DNA from: Octopus sinensis
Taxonomy: Eukaryota
Direction of reading: 5' to 3'
DNA: 64,000 nt
Assembly (NCBI RefSeq): GCF_006345805.1
Contig: NC_043007.1
Coordinates: forward strand, 74,214,001-74,278,000
Part shown: one piece after another, positions 63,570-64,000 of the stretch
Layout: each line of letters opens with the position of its first letter
How positions within the stretch are numbered: the stretch's first letter is position 1
Notes under the pieces: model-generated
What the model was told of the DNA's origin: nothing
Seen by the model: only the letters and a program-made list of their open reading frames with translations
The model's database searches: none
Program-made: the position numbers and the translations under genes

Positions 63570-64000
63570 TAGCCCAACAGTAAAGAAAAGGAATAATAGA
63601 AATAGGAAGGTCATCTGGTTTACGCCCCCTTATTCACCCGAGGTGGCCTTCAATATAGGTAAATATTTCCTAGCACTGATAGATAGACATTTTCCAGTTA
63701 ACCATACTTATAGGAAACTCTTCAATAGACACAATTTAAAAATTAGTTTTAGTTCAACTACCAATTTTAAAAACATAATCAAACATAACATACAAAAAAC
63801 ACAAGAAGAAAACAGCTGTTCATGCAGGAATAAAGAATTGTGCCCGCTAAATGGAGCTTGCATGTCCAAGACCATCATATATGAAGCTACCGTAAACTCT
63901 ATAACCACTAAAGACACCGTTTCGACAAAGAAATACGTGGGCCTTACAGAGGGTAATTTCAAGGCCAGGTTCATTAACCACACTTTGAGCTTTAGGCACT
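63570..64000 (+). mobile_element. Inverted copy of the 3' part of the same Penelope element, running off the window
   Basis: Reverse complement of 62367-62797, near-identical (one substitution noticed, AAT to ATT). Confidence 0.93.

Overview
AT-rich, microsatellite- and SINE-dense animal genomic DNA. The repeat families suggest a coleoid cephalopod, probably Octopus (inference). There is no prokaryotic content. The window holds the 3' part of one plus-strand spliced gene, a K+-dependent Na+/Ca2+ exchanger (SLC24A/NCKX3/4/5-like). I reconstructed 13 coding exons (1523-50301), all GT-AG with consistent phases and an open frame to the stop codon; the 5' exons lie upstream of the window. One 79-nt exon is present twice in an identical 411-bp tandem duplication. 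Introns and the 3' flank carry decayed mariner, Tc1, hAT and piggyBac-type elements, CR1/L2, RTE, R4/Dong and Penelope retroelements, and several tRNA-derived SINE families. The most notable unannotated signal is a set of minimal type I hammerhead ribozymes. Two have intact cores (22289-22348, 30862-30943), one is a variant inside a Penelope 3' repeat (61836-61898), and several are decayed. They sit in short Penelope-like terminal-repeat fragments from different families, almost all embedded in or ending at (TA)n tracts. The intact intronic copies are antisense to the host gene.
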